Source of the DNA: Desulfobacteraceae bacterium
Lineage (GTDB): Bacteria > Desulfobacterota > Desulfobacteria > Desulfobacterales > Desulfolunaceae
Direction of reading: 5' to 3'
Length of the DNA stretch: 64,000 nt
Assembly: GCA_013619155.1 (NCBI GenBank)
Contig: JABXKT010000001.1
Location: forward strand, 12,661-76,660
How positions within the stretch are numbered: position 1 is the first letter of the stretch; each line of letters begins with the position of its first letter. The position numbers were made by a program, and so were the translations under genes. The notes below the pieces were generated by a model, which saw only the letters and a program-made list of their open reading frames with translations, ran no database searches and was not told the DNA's origin. Shown here piece by piece: positions 29,222 through 39,313 of this stretch.

Positions 29222-30859
29222 TTAGCTCGCCAAAGCCACGACAGCAGCGTAATGGGCCTCTCTCTCTTTGATGATATCGGCGCTGGCCAAAAAGTCATCG
29301 AAGGCCATAACACGATCGAGGCTGCCCACGGGGGTGATCTCCACGATGCGAGTAGCCACAGTGGAGACAAACTCATGGTCATGGGAGGCAAAGAGGAGCA
29401 CCTCCGGAAAGGCCACAAGTCCTTCGTTCAAGGCCGTGATAGACTCCAAATCGAGGTGGTTGGTGGGTTCATCCATCACAAGAACGTTGGCATCCGAGAG
29501 CATCATGCGCGAGAGCATGCAACGCACCTTCTCCCCACCGGAGAGAACTGCCGTGGTCTTCATGGCCTCCTCGCCAGAGAAGAGCATGCGCCCTAAGAAT
29601 CCCCGGGCAAAGCTCTCTCCCTCTTCGGGAGGGGCGTACTGAAGCAACCACTGAATGAGAGTCATATTCACGGTGAAGTACTGGCTGTTGTCCTTGAGAA
29701 AGCAGGAGGGAGAAATGGTCTGCCCCCACCGGAAGCTGCCGGAATCGGGCTCCATCTCTCCGGCTAGAATCTGAAACAGGGTACTCTTGGCCAGGCTGTT
29801 ATCCCCCACAAAGGCGATCTTATCTCCGCTATTGACCACCATATTGAAATTATTGAGCACCATCTCCCCATCGATAGTCTTGGTGAGGTTATCTATCTCC
29901 AGGATAACGTTGCCACAGGGACGTTCCGGCTTAAAAGCGATCCAGGGGTACCGACGCGTAGAGACGGGCATGTCCTCAATGGTCAGTTTCTCCAAAAGCT
30001 TTTTACGAGAGGTGGCCTGCTTGGCCTTGGAGGCATTGGAGCTGAAACGCTGGATAAAGGAGGTAAGCTCCTTGGCTTTATCCGTCGTCTTCTTGTTATC
30101 ACTTTGCTTCTGCTTCAAGATCAGACGACTCGCCTGACACCAGAAGTCGTAGTTACCCACGAAGACCTGGATCTTACTGTAGTCGATATCTGCGATATGG
30201 GTACACACCTGGTTGAGGAAGTGCCGGTCATGGGAGACCACAATGACGGTGTTTTGAAAACGATCCAGAAAATCTTCCAGCCAGCGGATCGATTTCAGAT
30301 CCAAATGGTTGGTGGGTTCGTCAAGAAGAAGCACCTCGGGGTTGCCGAAGATGGCCTGGGCGAGAAGCACCCTCACCTTGTCCCCTCCGTCCAGCTCCTT
30401 CATCTTCTTATGACGCATCGCCTCACCAATACCCAGGCCGTTTAGCAGCACCGCCGCTTCGGACTCGGCCTCGTAACCGTTCATCTCGGCAAACTCAGCC
30501 TCCAGATCACCGGAGCGAATTCCATCCTCTTCGGTGAAATCCTCCTTGGCGTAGATAGCGTCTCGTTCTATCATGATGGAATAGAGTTTTTCGTGCCCCA
30601 TAATCACGGTGTTGATCACGGTCTCTTCGTCGAAGGCAAAGTGGTCCTGCTTCAAGACGGCAATGCGCTCTCCCGGCCCCACACTCACAGTCCCCTTATC
30701 CGATTCAATCTCCCCGGATAAGATCTTGAGAAAAGTCGATTTTCCCGCACCATTGGCGCCAATGAGCCCGTAGCAGTTACCGGAAGTGAATTTAATATTA
30801 ACGTCTTTAAACAGAACACGCTTGCCATAAGCAAGCGCTACGTTGGTTGCGCTGATCAT
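29222..30859 (-). CDS. ABC-F family ATPase (YbiT/YkpA-like)
   Basis: Two ABC cassettes (GANGAGKST; LLLDEPTNHLD; LSGGEKVR) with an interdomain linker and no TM segments. Confidence 0.93.
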   Translation of the reverse strand: MISATNVALAYGKRVLFKDVNIKFTSGNCYGLIGANGAGKSTFLKILSGEIESDKGTVSVGPGERIAVLKQDHFAFDEETVINTVIMGHEKLYSIMIERDAIYAKEDFTEEDGIRSGDLEAEFAEMNGYEAESEAAVLLNGLGIGEAMRHKKMKELDGGDKVRVLLAQAIFGNPEVLLLDEPTNHLDLKSIRWLEDFLDRFQNTVIVVSHDRHFLNQVCTHIADIDYSKIQVFVGNYDFWCQASRLILKQKQSDNKKTTDKAKELTSFIQRFSSNASKAKQATSRKKLLEKLTIEDMPVSTRRYPWIAFKPERPCGNVILEIDNLTKTIDGEMVLNNFNMVVNSGDKIAFVGDNSLAKSTLFQILAGEMEPDSGSFRWGQTISPSCFLKDNSQYFTVNMTLIQWLLQYAPPEEGESFARGFLGRMLFSGEEAMKTTAVLSGGEKVRCMLSRMMLSDANVLVMDEPTNHLDLESITALNEGLVAFPEVLLFASHDHEFVSTVATRIVEITPVGSLDRVMAFDDFLASADIIKEREAHYAAVVALAS

Positions 30860-31083
30860 AAAAGGATTCCTCTGTTGGATACGTCCCCACCACGGATCTG
30901 GGTGTGGGTCTGAGCAATAAAAAAAACCACGGGTCGTTTCAACCCGTGGTTCATGCGACGACTGCTTATAGCCTATCGCATTTAAATCAGCAATCTTTTT
31001 TCACGTTTACCGGGGCAGATCCCCCCACAAAGAGACCCAGGGTCTCGATCACTCACGAGCCCCCCACTCATTTTCTCTCTGTG

Positions 31084-31209
31084 TTAGGGCTCAATCAAAA
31101 AATAAATGCCCATGTTTAAGAAAAATGCGGCTGTGATTTGACCCGAGGCACGTGGATTAAAGCGCTGATGCATCGTTTTTTGTCTGTTTTATTTTTGCAC
31201 AGACCCTTA
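31084..31209. mobile_element. Minimal 120-bp MITE (end type A) with TTA duplication
   Basis: TTA(31084-86)|GGGCTCAATCAAAAAATAAA ... TTTATTTTTGCACAGACCC|TTA(31207-09). Confidence 0.75.
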
Positions 31210-31234
31210 TTCGTGACCCGCCCTAGGCCACACT

Positions 31235-31810
31235 TCAGGCATTGCCAAAATCACCGGAGAGGAGGAGAGGATCGATGCCCAGACGCGCCAGTCCATTTTC
31301 CCAACGCGCCTCCACCGGCACATCAAAAATCAGATCACTGCCCGCCTCCAAGGTCAACCAGGTATTCTCCATCAGCTCCTTTTCCAGCTGCCCGGCGGCC
31401 CACCCTGCGGTACCGAGAAAAATGGCCACCTTTTCCGGCCCCTCTCCCCTGGCCACAGCGGCAAGGGTCTCCATGGAGTTGGATAGAGCCACCCCATCAT
31501 CGATGAGATAGCTCCCTTCGGCATCAAAGGGGTGACCATGAAGCAGAAAAATCTCATCCAATTGCACCGGTCCTCCGGTATAAACCTGCACGGCAAGGGC
31601 CGTGTCCCCATGCGCAAGGGCGAACTCATTAAAAATATCGATGGGCCCCAGGGTCAGGCTGGATCGGTTGATCACAAACCCCATGGCCCCTTCGGCGCTA
31701 TGTTCGCACAGATACACCACGGCCCGAGAAAAATTAGGGTCCTGCATGGATGGCATGGCCAGAAGAAATTGCCCCTTAAGGGATTGAAACTCATGTCCGT
31801 TCATCATCAT
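31235..31810 (-). CDS. YqgE/AlgH (UPF0301) family protein
   Basis: LLAMP.M.DPNF.RAVVY.CEH..GAMG.VIN, GGPV and GW..GQLE.E...N.W. Confidence 0.92.
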   Translation of the reverse strand: MMMNGHEFQSLKGQFLLAMPSMQDPNFSRAVVYLCEHSAEGAMGFVINRSSLTLGPIDIFNEFALAHGDTALAVQVYTGGPVQLDEIFLLHGHPFDAEGSYLIDDGVALSNSMETLAAVARGEGPEKVAIFLGTAGWAAGQLEKELMENTWLTLEAGSDLIFDVPVEARWENGLARLGIDPLLLSGDFGNA

Positions 31811-31853
31811 TACCCATCACTATCAGCTTAAATATCTCATTTATATCGACTAT

Positions 31854-33263
31854 CTACCGGCCGTAATTATCTTCCAAACGCACGATGTCGTCTTCACCAA
31901 GATAACTCCCCGATTGCACCTCAATCAGCTCCAAGGGTATTTTACCGGGATTTTCCAAGCGATGTACCGTACCCAGGGATATATAGGTGGATTCATCCTC
32001 CCTTAAAAGGATAGTCTCCTCTCCACGCGTCACGAGGGCCGTGCCACGGACCACCACCCAGTGCTCGGCACGATGAAAGTGCTTCTGAAGGGAGAGCTCG
32101 GCACCGGGATTCACGGTGATGCGCTTGACCTGAAAACGATCGGACAGATCGATACCCTCGTAGGAGCCCCAGGGTCTGTAAACCACGGTATTCATCATGG
32201 CTTCATAACGATCCTTCGCCTTCAGCTGAGCGACGATCCGCTTCACATCCTGTCCACGATTTCGCGGAGCCACCAGCACGGCATCCTTGGTCTCCACCAC
32301 AATCATATCCTGGATACCAATGGCTGCAATCATGCGGCTTTCCGCCTGGAGCAGAGAGGAGGAGACATCATGGGTGAAGACATCTCCTTTGACGACATTG
32401 CCCGCCTCATTTTTTTCACCGATCTGCCAGATAGCATCCCAGGAGCCCACATCGTTCCAGCCCGCCGAGAGAGCCACCATGACCCCTTTGTCTGTCTTCT
32501 CCATCACCGCATAGTCAATGGAGTCTTCTGGACACGCGGAAAAGGCATCGTGATCCAGGCGGAAAAAATCGAGGTCCTCCCGTCCCCTCTCCACAGCCAT
32601 CCGGCAAGAGGTGACGATATCCGGCGTGAATCGCTCCAGCTCATCCAGCACCTGTCGGGCCCCGAACATAAACATACCGCTGTTCCAGCAATAATCCCCC
32701 GAGTATAGGTAGGATTGAGCGGTCTCGAGATCGGGTTTCTCCACGAACCGGTCGATCATAACGGCCGATCCACCATCCACCGGAGCCCCTTTACGGATAT
32801 ACCCATATCCCGTCTCCGGCGATGCGGGTTCGATGCCGAAGGTGATGAGCCGTCCCGTCGCAGCCAGGGCCACCCCCTGTGCCATGGCGTCGTGCAATTT
32901 TTCGGCAAGCTGAATCGTATGATCGGCGGGAAGCACAAGCAGGGTAGGATTCTCCTCGGTCTCCAGGGCCTTAAACGCGGCGGCGGCCAGAGCCGGGGCG
33001 GTGTTTCGCCCCACAGGCTCCAGCATAATCGCCAGGGGCTCCACCCCTATGCTGCGAAGCTGTTCGGCCACCATGAATCGATGGTTCTCATTGCAAATCA
33101 CAATGGGAGGGGCCACCCCGTCAAATCCGGCGAGACGTAAAATGGTATTTTGCAGCATGGTGGACTCATCAATCAGGCCGAGGAGCTGCTTGGGATGAAG
33201 TTCACGGGAGAGAGGCCAGAGCCGGGTTCCAGATCCACCGGCAAGGATAACGGGTATCACCAT
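31854..33263 (-). CDS. manC: Mannose-1-phosphate guanylyltransferase/mannose-6-phosphate isomerase
   Basis: PVILAGGSGTRLWPLSR, FVEKPD, SIDYAVME, WNDVGSW and a cupin C-terminus (RPWG, LSLQKHFHRAEHW). Confidence 0.95.
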   Translation of the reverse strand: MVIPVILAGGSGTRLWPLSRELHPKQLLGLIDESTMLQNTILRLAGFDGVAPPIVICNENHRFMVAEQLRSIGVEPLAIMLEPVGRNTAPALAAAAFKALETEENPTLLVLPADHTIQLAEKLHDAMAQGVALAATGRLITFGIEPASPETGYGYIRKGAPVDGGSAVMIDRFVEKPDLETAQSYLYSGDYCWNSGMFMFGARQVLDELERFTPDIVTSCRMAVERGREDLDFFRLDHDAFSACPEDSIDYAVMEKTDKGVMVALSAGWNDVGSWDAIWQIGEKNEAGNVVKGDVFTHDVSSSLLQAESRMIAAIGIQDMIVVETKDAVLVAPRNRGQDVKRIVAQLKAKDRYEAMMNTVVYRPWGSYEGIDLSDRFQVKRITVNPGAELSLQKHFHRAEHWVVVRGTALVTRGEETILLREDESTYISLGTVHRLENPGKIPLELIEVQSGSYLGEDDIVRLEDNYGR

Positions 33264-33301
33264 GGATATTCCCCTTCTTGTCTTTATAATAATGATGAGA
33301 C

Positions 33302-33985
33302 GTAACTATTCAACGCCAAAAAGATACCGTCCATGGTCAAAGTGACCAAAAACTGGCCTCCGGCGGCAAGGGTGGCGAAGCCACTTAGGCAAAACCACCG
33401 TAAAGCAGCCCAACGGACCCACTTTGCCCCGCGCCTTGGGGTAATTCACATCCGCCTTAACGAGGTTTAATCGGGCTAAAGTCATAAAAACCTATTTATC
33501 AAACCTTTAGGGCCGGAGCAAAAATAAAACATACAAAAAGCGATGCATTTTATGGTTGAAGTGATCAAGAAACGGGCCTCCGGCGGCAACGGTAGCAAAG
33601 CCACGTGAGGCAAAAACACCTTGAAAGCGGGTAGCGTATGCGCTTTACCCCGCGCCTCAGAGCAAATCACATACACTTTTGATTCTTCGCTTAAACCCAA
33701 AGCGGCTTGAAAATAGTTGTTTATCAACCTTTTCAAAAGGTTGACCCCCGGCAGGGCTGCCAGAGGCTAAACTTTCACCACACGGCCTCCGGCGGCGAGG
33801 GTGGCAAAGCCACTGAGGCAAAAGCACCTCGAAAGGGCAGAGGTATTCTTATGAAATCTGTTTATCTGTTTTTTGCCGGAGCCCTTACTTGGAAGACATT
33901 TTTTCACCAAATGTGAGGGGCTAAAGGCCCGTCACATTCGGTACCCTGGTGGCCACGGGATTTATCCCCCGGCCGCCGAAGGCTT
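33302..33985. repeat. Composite repeat cluster including a type-A element (33510-33884) with TTA duplication
   Basis: Starts GTAACTATTCA; three GCCTCCGGCGGC modules; TTA|GGGCCGGAGCAAAAATAAA ... TTTTTTGCCGGAGCCC|TTA. Confidence 0.88.
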
Positions 33986-34186
33986 ATAAAATCGTAACCA
34001 TGTGCCATGACCAAACAAAATCATCTGATTTGCCCCAGATTAAGCCAGCACCGGAGGCAAGTCAAGAAAGCATCCGATGTCTTGACACGCTCTGGGCATC
34101 ATGGTTGCATACCCCTAAAATAGATTCAAAAAAGAGAGACCCTCGCACCGAAGGCATTACCCACCACTGTTTCTTTAAGGAGACCC

Positions 34187-34729
34187 ATGAACCCTTCCAC
34201 CGAGACCCAGCCACCCACCGCCACCGAGGTCTGGCCTCCGATCTTTCGAGCCTCCATCCTTGGCGCCATCATCGCCAAACAGGTCAACTACGTGGGCTTT
34301 GCCGATAAACGCGCGGCAACGGTCATCACCATCAACTCATTTCTCATCCCCATCGCCCTCTCCGGAGTGACCCGTCCTCACTGGCAATGGGGTATTCTCC
34401 TGGGGGTTGCCGCCTCGGTGCTCAGCATTTTTTTTGCCGTGGTGAGCCTCATTCCCAAACGCTACACGCGAAAGGGGGACGACAAGCCCCCCTTACTTCA
34501 CTTCTCCAGTATCGCTGAGTACACCGAAGAGGCCTATATCACAAAAATGGCCACCATGCTCAGCGATACCACAGCCATCGGAGAGATGGTGGCGCGGGAC
34601 CTCCACCGCATGAGCACCTTCATCCTCATACCGAAGTTTCGGCTCTTAAAGCTCAGTTATATCAGCTTTATAGGCGGATACACCCTGGCTCTCATCGCCA
34701 TATTCACCGAACCCTTCATCACGGGATAA
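34187..34729 (+). CDS. Pycsar effector-like (DUF5706) transmembrane protein
   Basis: ADKRA..VITIN, two TMs, P....LLHF..IA, K(F)..L..SY and a terminal TM; AAGGAG RBS. Confidence 0.75.
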   Translation: MNPSTETQPPTATEVWPPIFRASILGAIIAKQVNYVGFADKRAATVITINSFLIPIALSGVTRPHWQWGILLGVAASVLSIFFAVVSLIPKRYTRKGDDKPPLLHFSSIAEYTEEAYITKMATMLSDTTAIGEMVARDLHRMSTFILIPKFRLLKLSYISFIGGYTLALIAIFTEPFITG

Positions 34730-34765
34730 ACTTAAGTAAGCCGCCCATCCCCCGATGGAGCGGCA

Positions 34766-35401
34766 CTATCTCACCCCCATGCGCTGGGCCAGCTTGACCC
34801 ACTCTATCTCTTGAAGATTCTTCACGGTGGTGTGAATCCACCCCTTCTTCATCATCTCCCGCTTTTCTGCCCGTTCTGTAATACCGTGATAGGGCAGCAT
34901 GGCCATAAGCGCCTTATCCTTTCCCTTCTCATCCGGGCTGAGGACGTCCCTGCGACGTGTGTAAAAAGGGTCCTCCCCTTCGGCACACGGGGTATCGAAG
35001 ACATTAAAATGGCGGCAGGCCAAGGGGCGCATGGGGTGAATGCCACACCCCCCGTTCACCAGGAAGGGACAGCCCTGCCCCGATTCAAACCGGGCCAATT
35101 GCCCCTGTATGGCATGAAACGCCTCTCCTTCAAGCCCCTCCATGGCGTACCAGTAGATCCCCGCCAATTCCAGAGGGTAGACGGGAATGGTGACATGGGT
35201 GGAACAGCAGGTGGAGCACCCCTTGGCACAGGCCAGGCGCCGTCCCTTTTTAAGCTCTGCCGCCACGCTGGCATGAATCGCCTTATCGGCGATAATATAC
35301 GCATCCAAAAGCATGGAGAGCCAGGTAAGCGACTCCTCATATTTTGGGTAGGAGAGCCGTTGCGGCTCCGGATAATTGCTCGATCGCTTCTTTTTTGCCA
35401 T
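34766..35401 (-). CDS. YkgJ-family cysteine-cluster protein
   Basis: CAKGCSTCC and CPFL...CGIH..RPLACR. Confidence 0.88.
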   Translation of the reverse strand: MAKKKRSSNYPEPQRLSYPKYEESLTWLSMLLDAYIIADKAIHASVAAELKKGRRLACAKGCSTCCSTHVTIPVYPLELAGIYWYAMEGLEGEAFHAIQGQLARFESGQGCPFLVNGGCGIHPMRPLACRHFNVFDTPCAEGEDPFYTRRRDVLSPDEKGKDKALMAMLPYHGITERAEKREMMKKGWIHTTVKNLQEIEWVKLAQRMGVR

Positions 35402-35516
35402 AACATTCCTAAAAAACATAATAAATATAACGGCCCTCACCCACGATAAGGGTCAACACATCACGTACCGGATGCCAGATATTTTTCTGCGCATCCCCAC
35501 GCACTCATGCCCATCG

Positions 35517-36194
35517 TTATTTCGCTTGAGACTCGAAGATAATCCTCTCCATCCTCGGCAAAAAGATATAGTGGATGGTCTCTTTGACCCATTGCCAATA
35601 GGCATCACACTCCCCTTCCATCCCCAGAAAAAGGGCATAGGTGGAGCTGGCCCCCAAATAATTTGCCGCCAATACGATGAAGCTGGAGACAAACTGACTC
35701 ACCTCTTTATCCGAGGCGCTGGGAGCTATTTTCTGCCGAAATTTCTTTAAAAAAATATCATGGAATACCTCATACTGAACGGAGGCAGAAAAGGAATCAA
35801 AACTCTCCACATGGGCGGTGTTATGCATAAGCGTTCGGAAAATATCTTTATTGGAGAGATGAAAGGCGATCATCCGTTCGATGAAGAGTAGCAAGGCCTT
35901 ATCGGTGGTGTAATCCCCCAAATTGTCAAACCAGTGCTCATTAAAGAGACGAAAGGCAGACACATGCTCATCCATCACACACTCAAACAGACCGGATTTT
36001 TTGGGGAAGTAGTAGTGGATAATCGGATGATCAAAGCCTCCGGCCTTTCCCACCATCCGTACGCTGGCTGCATGGTAAGGGTGCTGTGAAAAGACCTTCC
36101 GGGCGGCATTTAAAATGCGCCGTCTCGTGGCTTCTCCCTTGGTCAGATTACGAGCCGTATTTTCTCTCTCTTTGGAAGTATCCATAATCTCCAT
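35517..36194 (-). CDS. TetR/AcrR family transcriptional regulator
   Basis: TRRRILNAA...F.......SVR.V...G......IHYYFP.K..LF. Confidence 0.9.
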   Translation of the reverse strand: MEIMDTSKERENTARNLTKGEATRRRILNAARKVFSQHPYHAASVRMVGKAGGFDHPIIHYYFPKKSGLFECVMDEHVSAFRLFNEHWFDNLGDYTTDKALLLFIERMIAFHLSNKDIFRTLMHNTAHVESFDSFSASVQYEVFHDIFLKKFRQKIAPSASDKEVSQFVSSFIVLAANYLGASSTYALFLGMEGECDAYWQWVKETIHYIFLPRMERIIFESQAK

Positions 36195-36583
36195 GATGTC
36201 TCATAGGCATTGATATATCATTCAATAATGAGTGATTTCAATGCGCGCGCCGTTATCAATCGACGTATAAAGTTTAGAGCCAACCCAAATAATCATATCA
36301 GGGGAAAAACATGGGCCCCATCGCCTGCAAGGAGTGCCCAATTTTTACCATACGTTCAAGATTAATCAAAGAGAAACTGCGGGCCCCTTGCGGGGCCTCT
36401 CCTTTAAACGAAAGCGGCGAGGCCTTAAAGAGAGGGCCCGTATCGTAGGTCAAAAGGTCCCAACATGGGACACCGTCAGGTACCCATGGGATATACCGAA
36501 AAGAGGGTGTATACTCTAAAGAGAGCATCGCCCCGCACCACGACATAAACACGCCCTATCGGCAATTATAGGATTCAAGACCG

Positions 36584-38335
36584 ATGATACACCCGCCTGC
36601 ACATACACTCCAAAAGAGCCTTCAATGCATCGATGGCAAAGGTTACAAAGCATACAAAGAGATCCAAGGTGCCTACGCCTTCGATCGATTCACCCTCTAC
36701 ATCGACCATGTGCAGGGAGACCCCTTTGCCCACCCATCACGGCTCCGGGTTCGGGTGAAGCGCCCCGCATCAAAGTTTGAATCCCTTTTTACCCAGAGTC
36801 CCAGTCGAACCACGGCCCTGTGTGACTACCTCACCCGGCGCTTCGCACACACAGCCCAACGCATCGCCCACGGCGCCCGGGGTACCGGCAAGGGGGGCGT
36901 GATCCTCATCGATACCCCGGGCCAGGAGATCCTGCCCCGTACGGCCATGACGGCAAACGACACCTATATTGAAGCCCGTTTTTTTCTCGGACTCCCCGCC
37001 TTTGGACGACGCATTGCCGGACGCGATGCCCAAGAGATGCTCCTCACCGAATTACCGGCCATCGTCGATGACGCCCTCTTCTTTACGGAGAGCCAGAGGA
37101 AATCTCTCACCCATCACGTGACCTGCTGTGAGGATGCAGACGCCATCCGGGAGAGGCTTGGCGAGCTCAACTGCGTGGCCTTTGTGGCCGATGGGGCCCT
37201 TCTCGCTCGAGCCAGTGGTATCGATGCCCGCCCCCTTCAAAAAGGGGCCATTGCCTTCGCCTCCCCGGCTTCCCTTCGCCTAGAAATCGACCGGCCCAAT
37301 GGGGGCAGAATTACCGGAATGGGCATCCCCGAAGGAATAACCCTCATCGTCGGAGGCGGATTCCACGGTAAATCAACCCTTCTCAACGCCCTGGAACTCG
37401 GTATTTACAACCACATCCCCTGCGATGGACGAGAGTATGTTGTCACACGGGCCGATGCCTTAAAAATACGGGCCGCCGACGGACGCAGCATCTCCGGCAC
37501 AAATATCTCGCCCTTCATCAATAACCTCCCCTTAGGACGCAGCACCACGGCCTTTCACACCCAGAATGCCAGCGGCAGTACATCCCAGGCAGCCGGGATC
37601 TGTGAGGGGCTCGAAGCCGGGGCCCGCCTACTGCTCCTGGACGAAGACACCTCCGCCACCAACTTCATGATCCGCGATGAAAAAATGCAAAAACTGGTGG
37701 CCACAGATGATGAACCCATCACCCCTTTTATCGACAGGGTAGAGGCGCTCTACACCACCTATGGTGTCTCCACCATCCTTGTGATGGGAGGCTCCGGTGA
37801 CTATTTTGCCACCGCCCACCGCATCATTCAGATGACCCACTACCAGCCCCATGATGTCACCGATAAGGCCCACGCCATCGCCCGGGAACATACCTCAGAA
37901 CGCGCTATCGAGGGGGCCGGTCCCTTAAAGGCCATCACCCACCGCACCTTAGGCCCCCACAGCATCCCCTTAGGCCATGGCCGACACCCAAAGATAAACA
38001 CCTACGGACGCCATGAATTGGTTCTGGGATCCACCCGCATCACCTTCGATGACGTGGAACAACTCGTGGCGCCCTCACAGACACGGGCCCTGGCCCACGC
38101 CCTGCTCCTGGCCGCGCCCCTCATGGACGGGTGTCACACCATGCGCGAGATATTAAACCAGGTGATGGAAACCATCGAAAAAAAAGGATTAGAGGCCCTT
38201 TCAGATATCCTAAGGGGTGATATGGCAGGGTTTCGAAGCCTGGAGCTGGCCGCCGTGATCAATCGCGCCAGAACCTTAAAGAGCGTGCCGGCCCCTATAA
38301 AGGATATGGTAAACGTTTGGCCACAGAAGGCGTAA
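36584..38335 (+). CDS. ABC-class ATPase of unknown function (ABC_ATPase family)
   Basis: IDHVQGDPFA.PS, GGGFHGKSTLL, IRA.DGR, NASGSTSQA and DEDTSATNFMIRD. Confidence 0.88.
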   Translation: MIHPPAHTLQKSLQCIDGKGYKAYKEIQGAYAFDRFTLYIDHVQGDPFAHPSRLRVRVKRPASKFESLFTQSPSRTTALCDYLTRRFAHTAQRIAHGARGTGKGGVILIDTPGQEILPRTAMTANDTYIEARFFLGLPAFGRRIAGRDAQEMLLTELPAIVDDALFFTESQRKSLTHHVTCCEDADAIRERLGELNCVAFVADGALLARASGIDARPLQKGAIAFASPASLRLEIDRPNGGRITGMGIPEGITLIVGGGFHGKSTLLNALELGIYNHIPCDGREYVVTRADALKIRAADGRSISGTNISPFINNLPLGRSTTAFHTQNASGSTSQAAGICEGLEAGARLLLLDEDTSATNFMIRDEKMQKLVATDDEPITPFIDRVEALYTTYGVSTILVMGGSGDYFATAHRIIQMTHYQPHDVTDKAHAIAREHTSERAIEGAGPLKAITHRTLGPHSIPLGHGRHPKINTYGRHELVLGSTRITFDDVEQLVAPSQTRALAHALLLAAPLMDGCHTMREILNQVMETIEKKGLEALSDILRGDMAGFRSLELAAVINRARTLKSVPAPIKDMVNVWPQKA

Positions 38336-38553
38336 ACTGAATAGTTACTAATCAAGTCAGAGCCTCCGGCGGCAAGGTGTGCCACCTTGAAAGCAGGTTG
38401 CATATGCGCTTCACCCCTCGTGCCTCGGGGCAAATCGCATACGCCTTTGATTTTTTGATTAAATTGAAGTGATCTGATGATGTCTGTGTGGCAACCCCGT
38501 CCTTGATAAAATAAGGCAAAAGCTTGGCTCCCGGTAGGGCCAACCGAGGCATC
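38336..38553. repeat. Composite intergenic repeat
   Basis: CTGAATAGTTAC end, GCCTCCGGCGGCAAGGTGTGCCACC module and TTGGCTCCCGGTAGGGCCAACCGAGGC module. Confidence 0.85.
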
Positions 38554-38687
38554 ATTATCGTGATAATAACCGAGAATACAGGGGGGATAATCAGATTGTC
38601 TTAAGATCTGTTGCCCTCCATATCCACGATTTTTTCGTATCCACGCCCCCTTGCCCTTGCAGGGACTTCATTTTTAAGGAATACCCC

Positions 38688-39134
38688 ATGACGCTTCGTA
38701 TCTGGCCTCCGGCCTGGCTCACTATCATGGCCACCTTGGCCTTTTTCACCGACCGCATCTTTCCCGGATTTCGCCTACCGGGAGCCCCCTTTTATCTGAC
38801 CGGTCCCATTTTATGGATACCCGCCCTCTGGATCTTCTGGCACGCCTACCAGCGGTTTTACGCCGCCCACACCCCGGTACACCCCTTCCAGCGCCCCTTA
38901 GCCTTCGTCATTCATGGCCCCTACCACCAAAGCCGGAACCCCATGTACGTCGTGGCCCTCATGGTAATGGCCGGCTGGTGCGCCACCCTGGCAAACCCGG
39001 CCACCCTCCCCTTTATATGGCTTCTTAAAAAGGCCATCGACACCTTCGTCATCCCCTACGAGGAGGCGATGCTCCTTAAGGTATTTGGAAAAAGTTACAT
39101 CGATTACTGCCAGAAGGTGCCGAAATGGATTTAA
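38688..39134 (+). CDS. Isoprenylcysteine carboxylmethyltransferase (PEMT/ICMT) family protein
   Basis: GPY..SRNPMY and EE..L...FG..Y..Y...V.KWI. Confidence 0.9.
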   Translation: MTLRIWPPAWLTIMATLAFFTDRIFPGFRLPGAPFYLTGPILWIPALWIFWHAYQRFYAAHTPVHPFQRPLAFVIHGPYHQSRNPMYVVALMVMAGWCATLANPATLPFIWLLKKAIDTFVIPYEEAMLLKVFGKSYIDYCQKVPKWI

Positions 39135-39149
39135 CCGATGGAACCATTC

Positions 39150-39311
39150 AGCTGCGCCTCGCTTGGTCCTGCCGGAGGCCAACCTTTTGCCTTATTTTAT
39201 CAAGGACGGGGTTGCCAAACAGGCTTTTATAGTGACTGTGACGGGCCGCCGGAGGCCATTTTTTGGATCACTTTAACCATAGAAGGCTTTTTTAAAAGCT
39301 GAATAGTGACC
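39150..39311. repeat. Composite intergenic repeat
   Basis: GCCAACCTTTTGCC...GTTGCCAAACAG module, ACTTTAACCATAGAAGGC module and a GCTGAATAGTGAC end. Confidence 0.8.
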
Positions 39312-39313
39312 GT

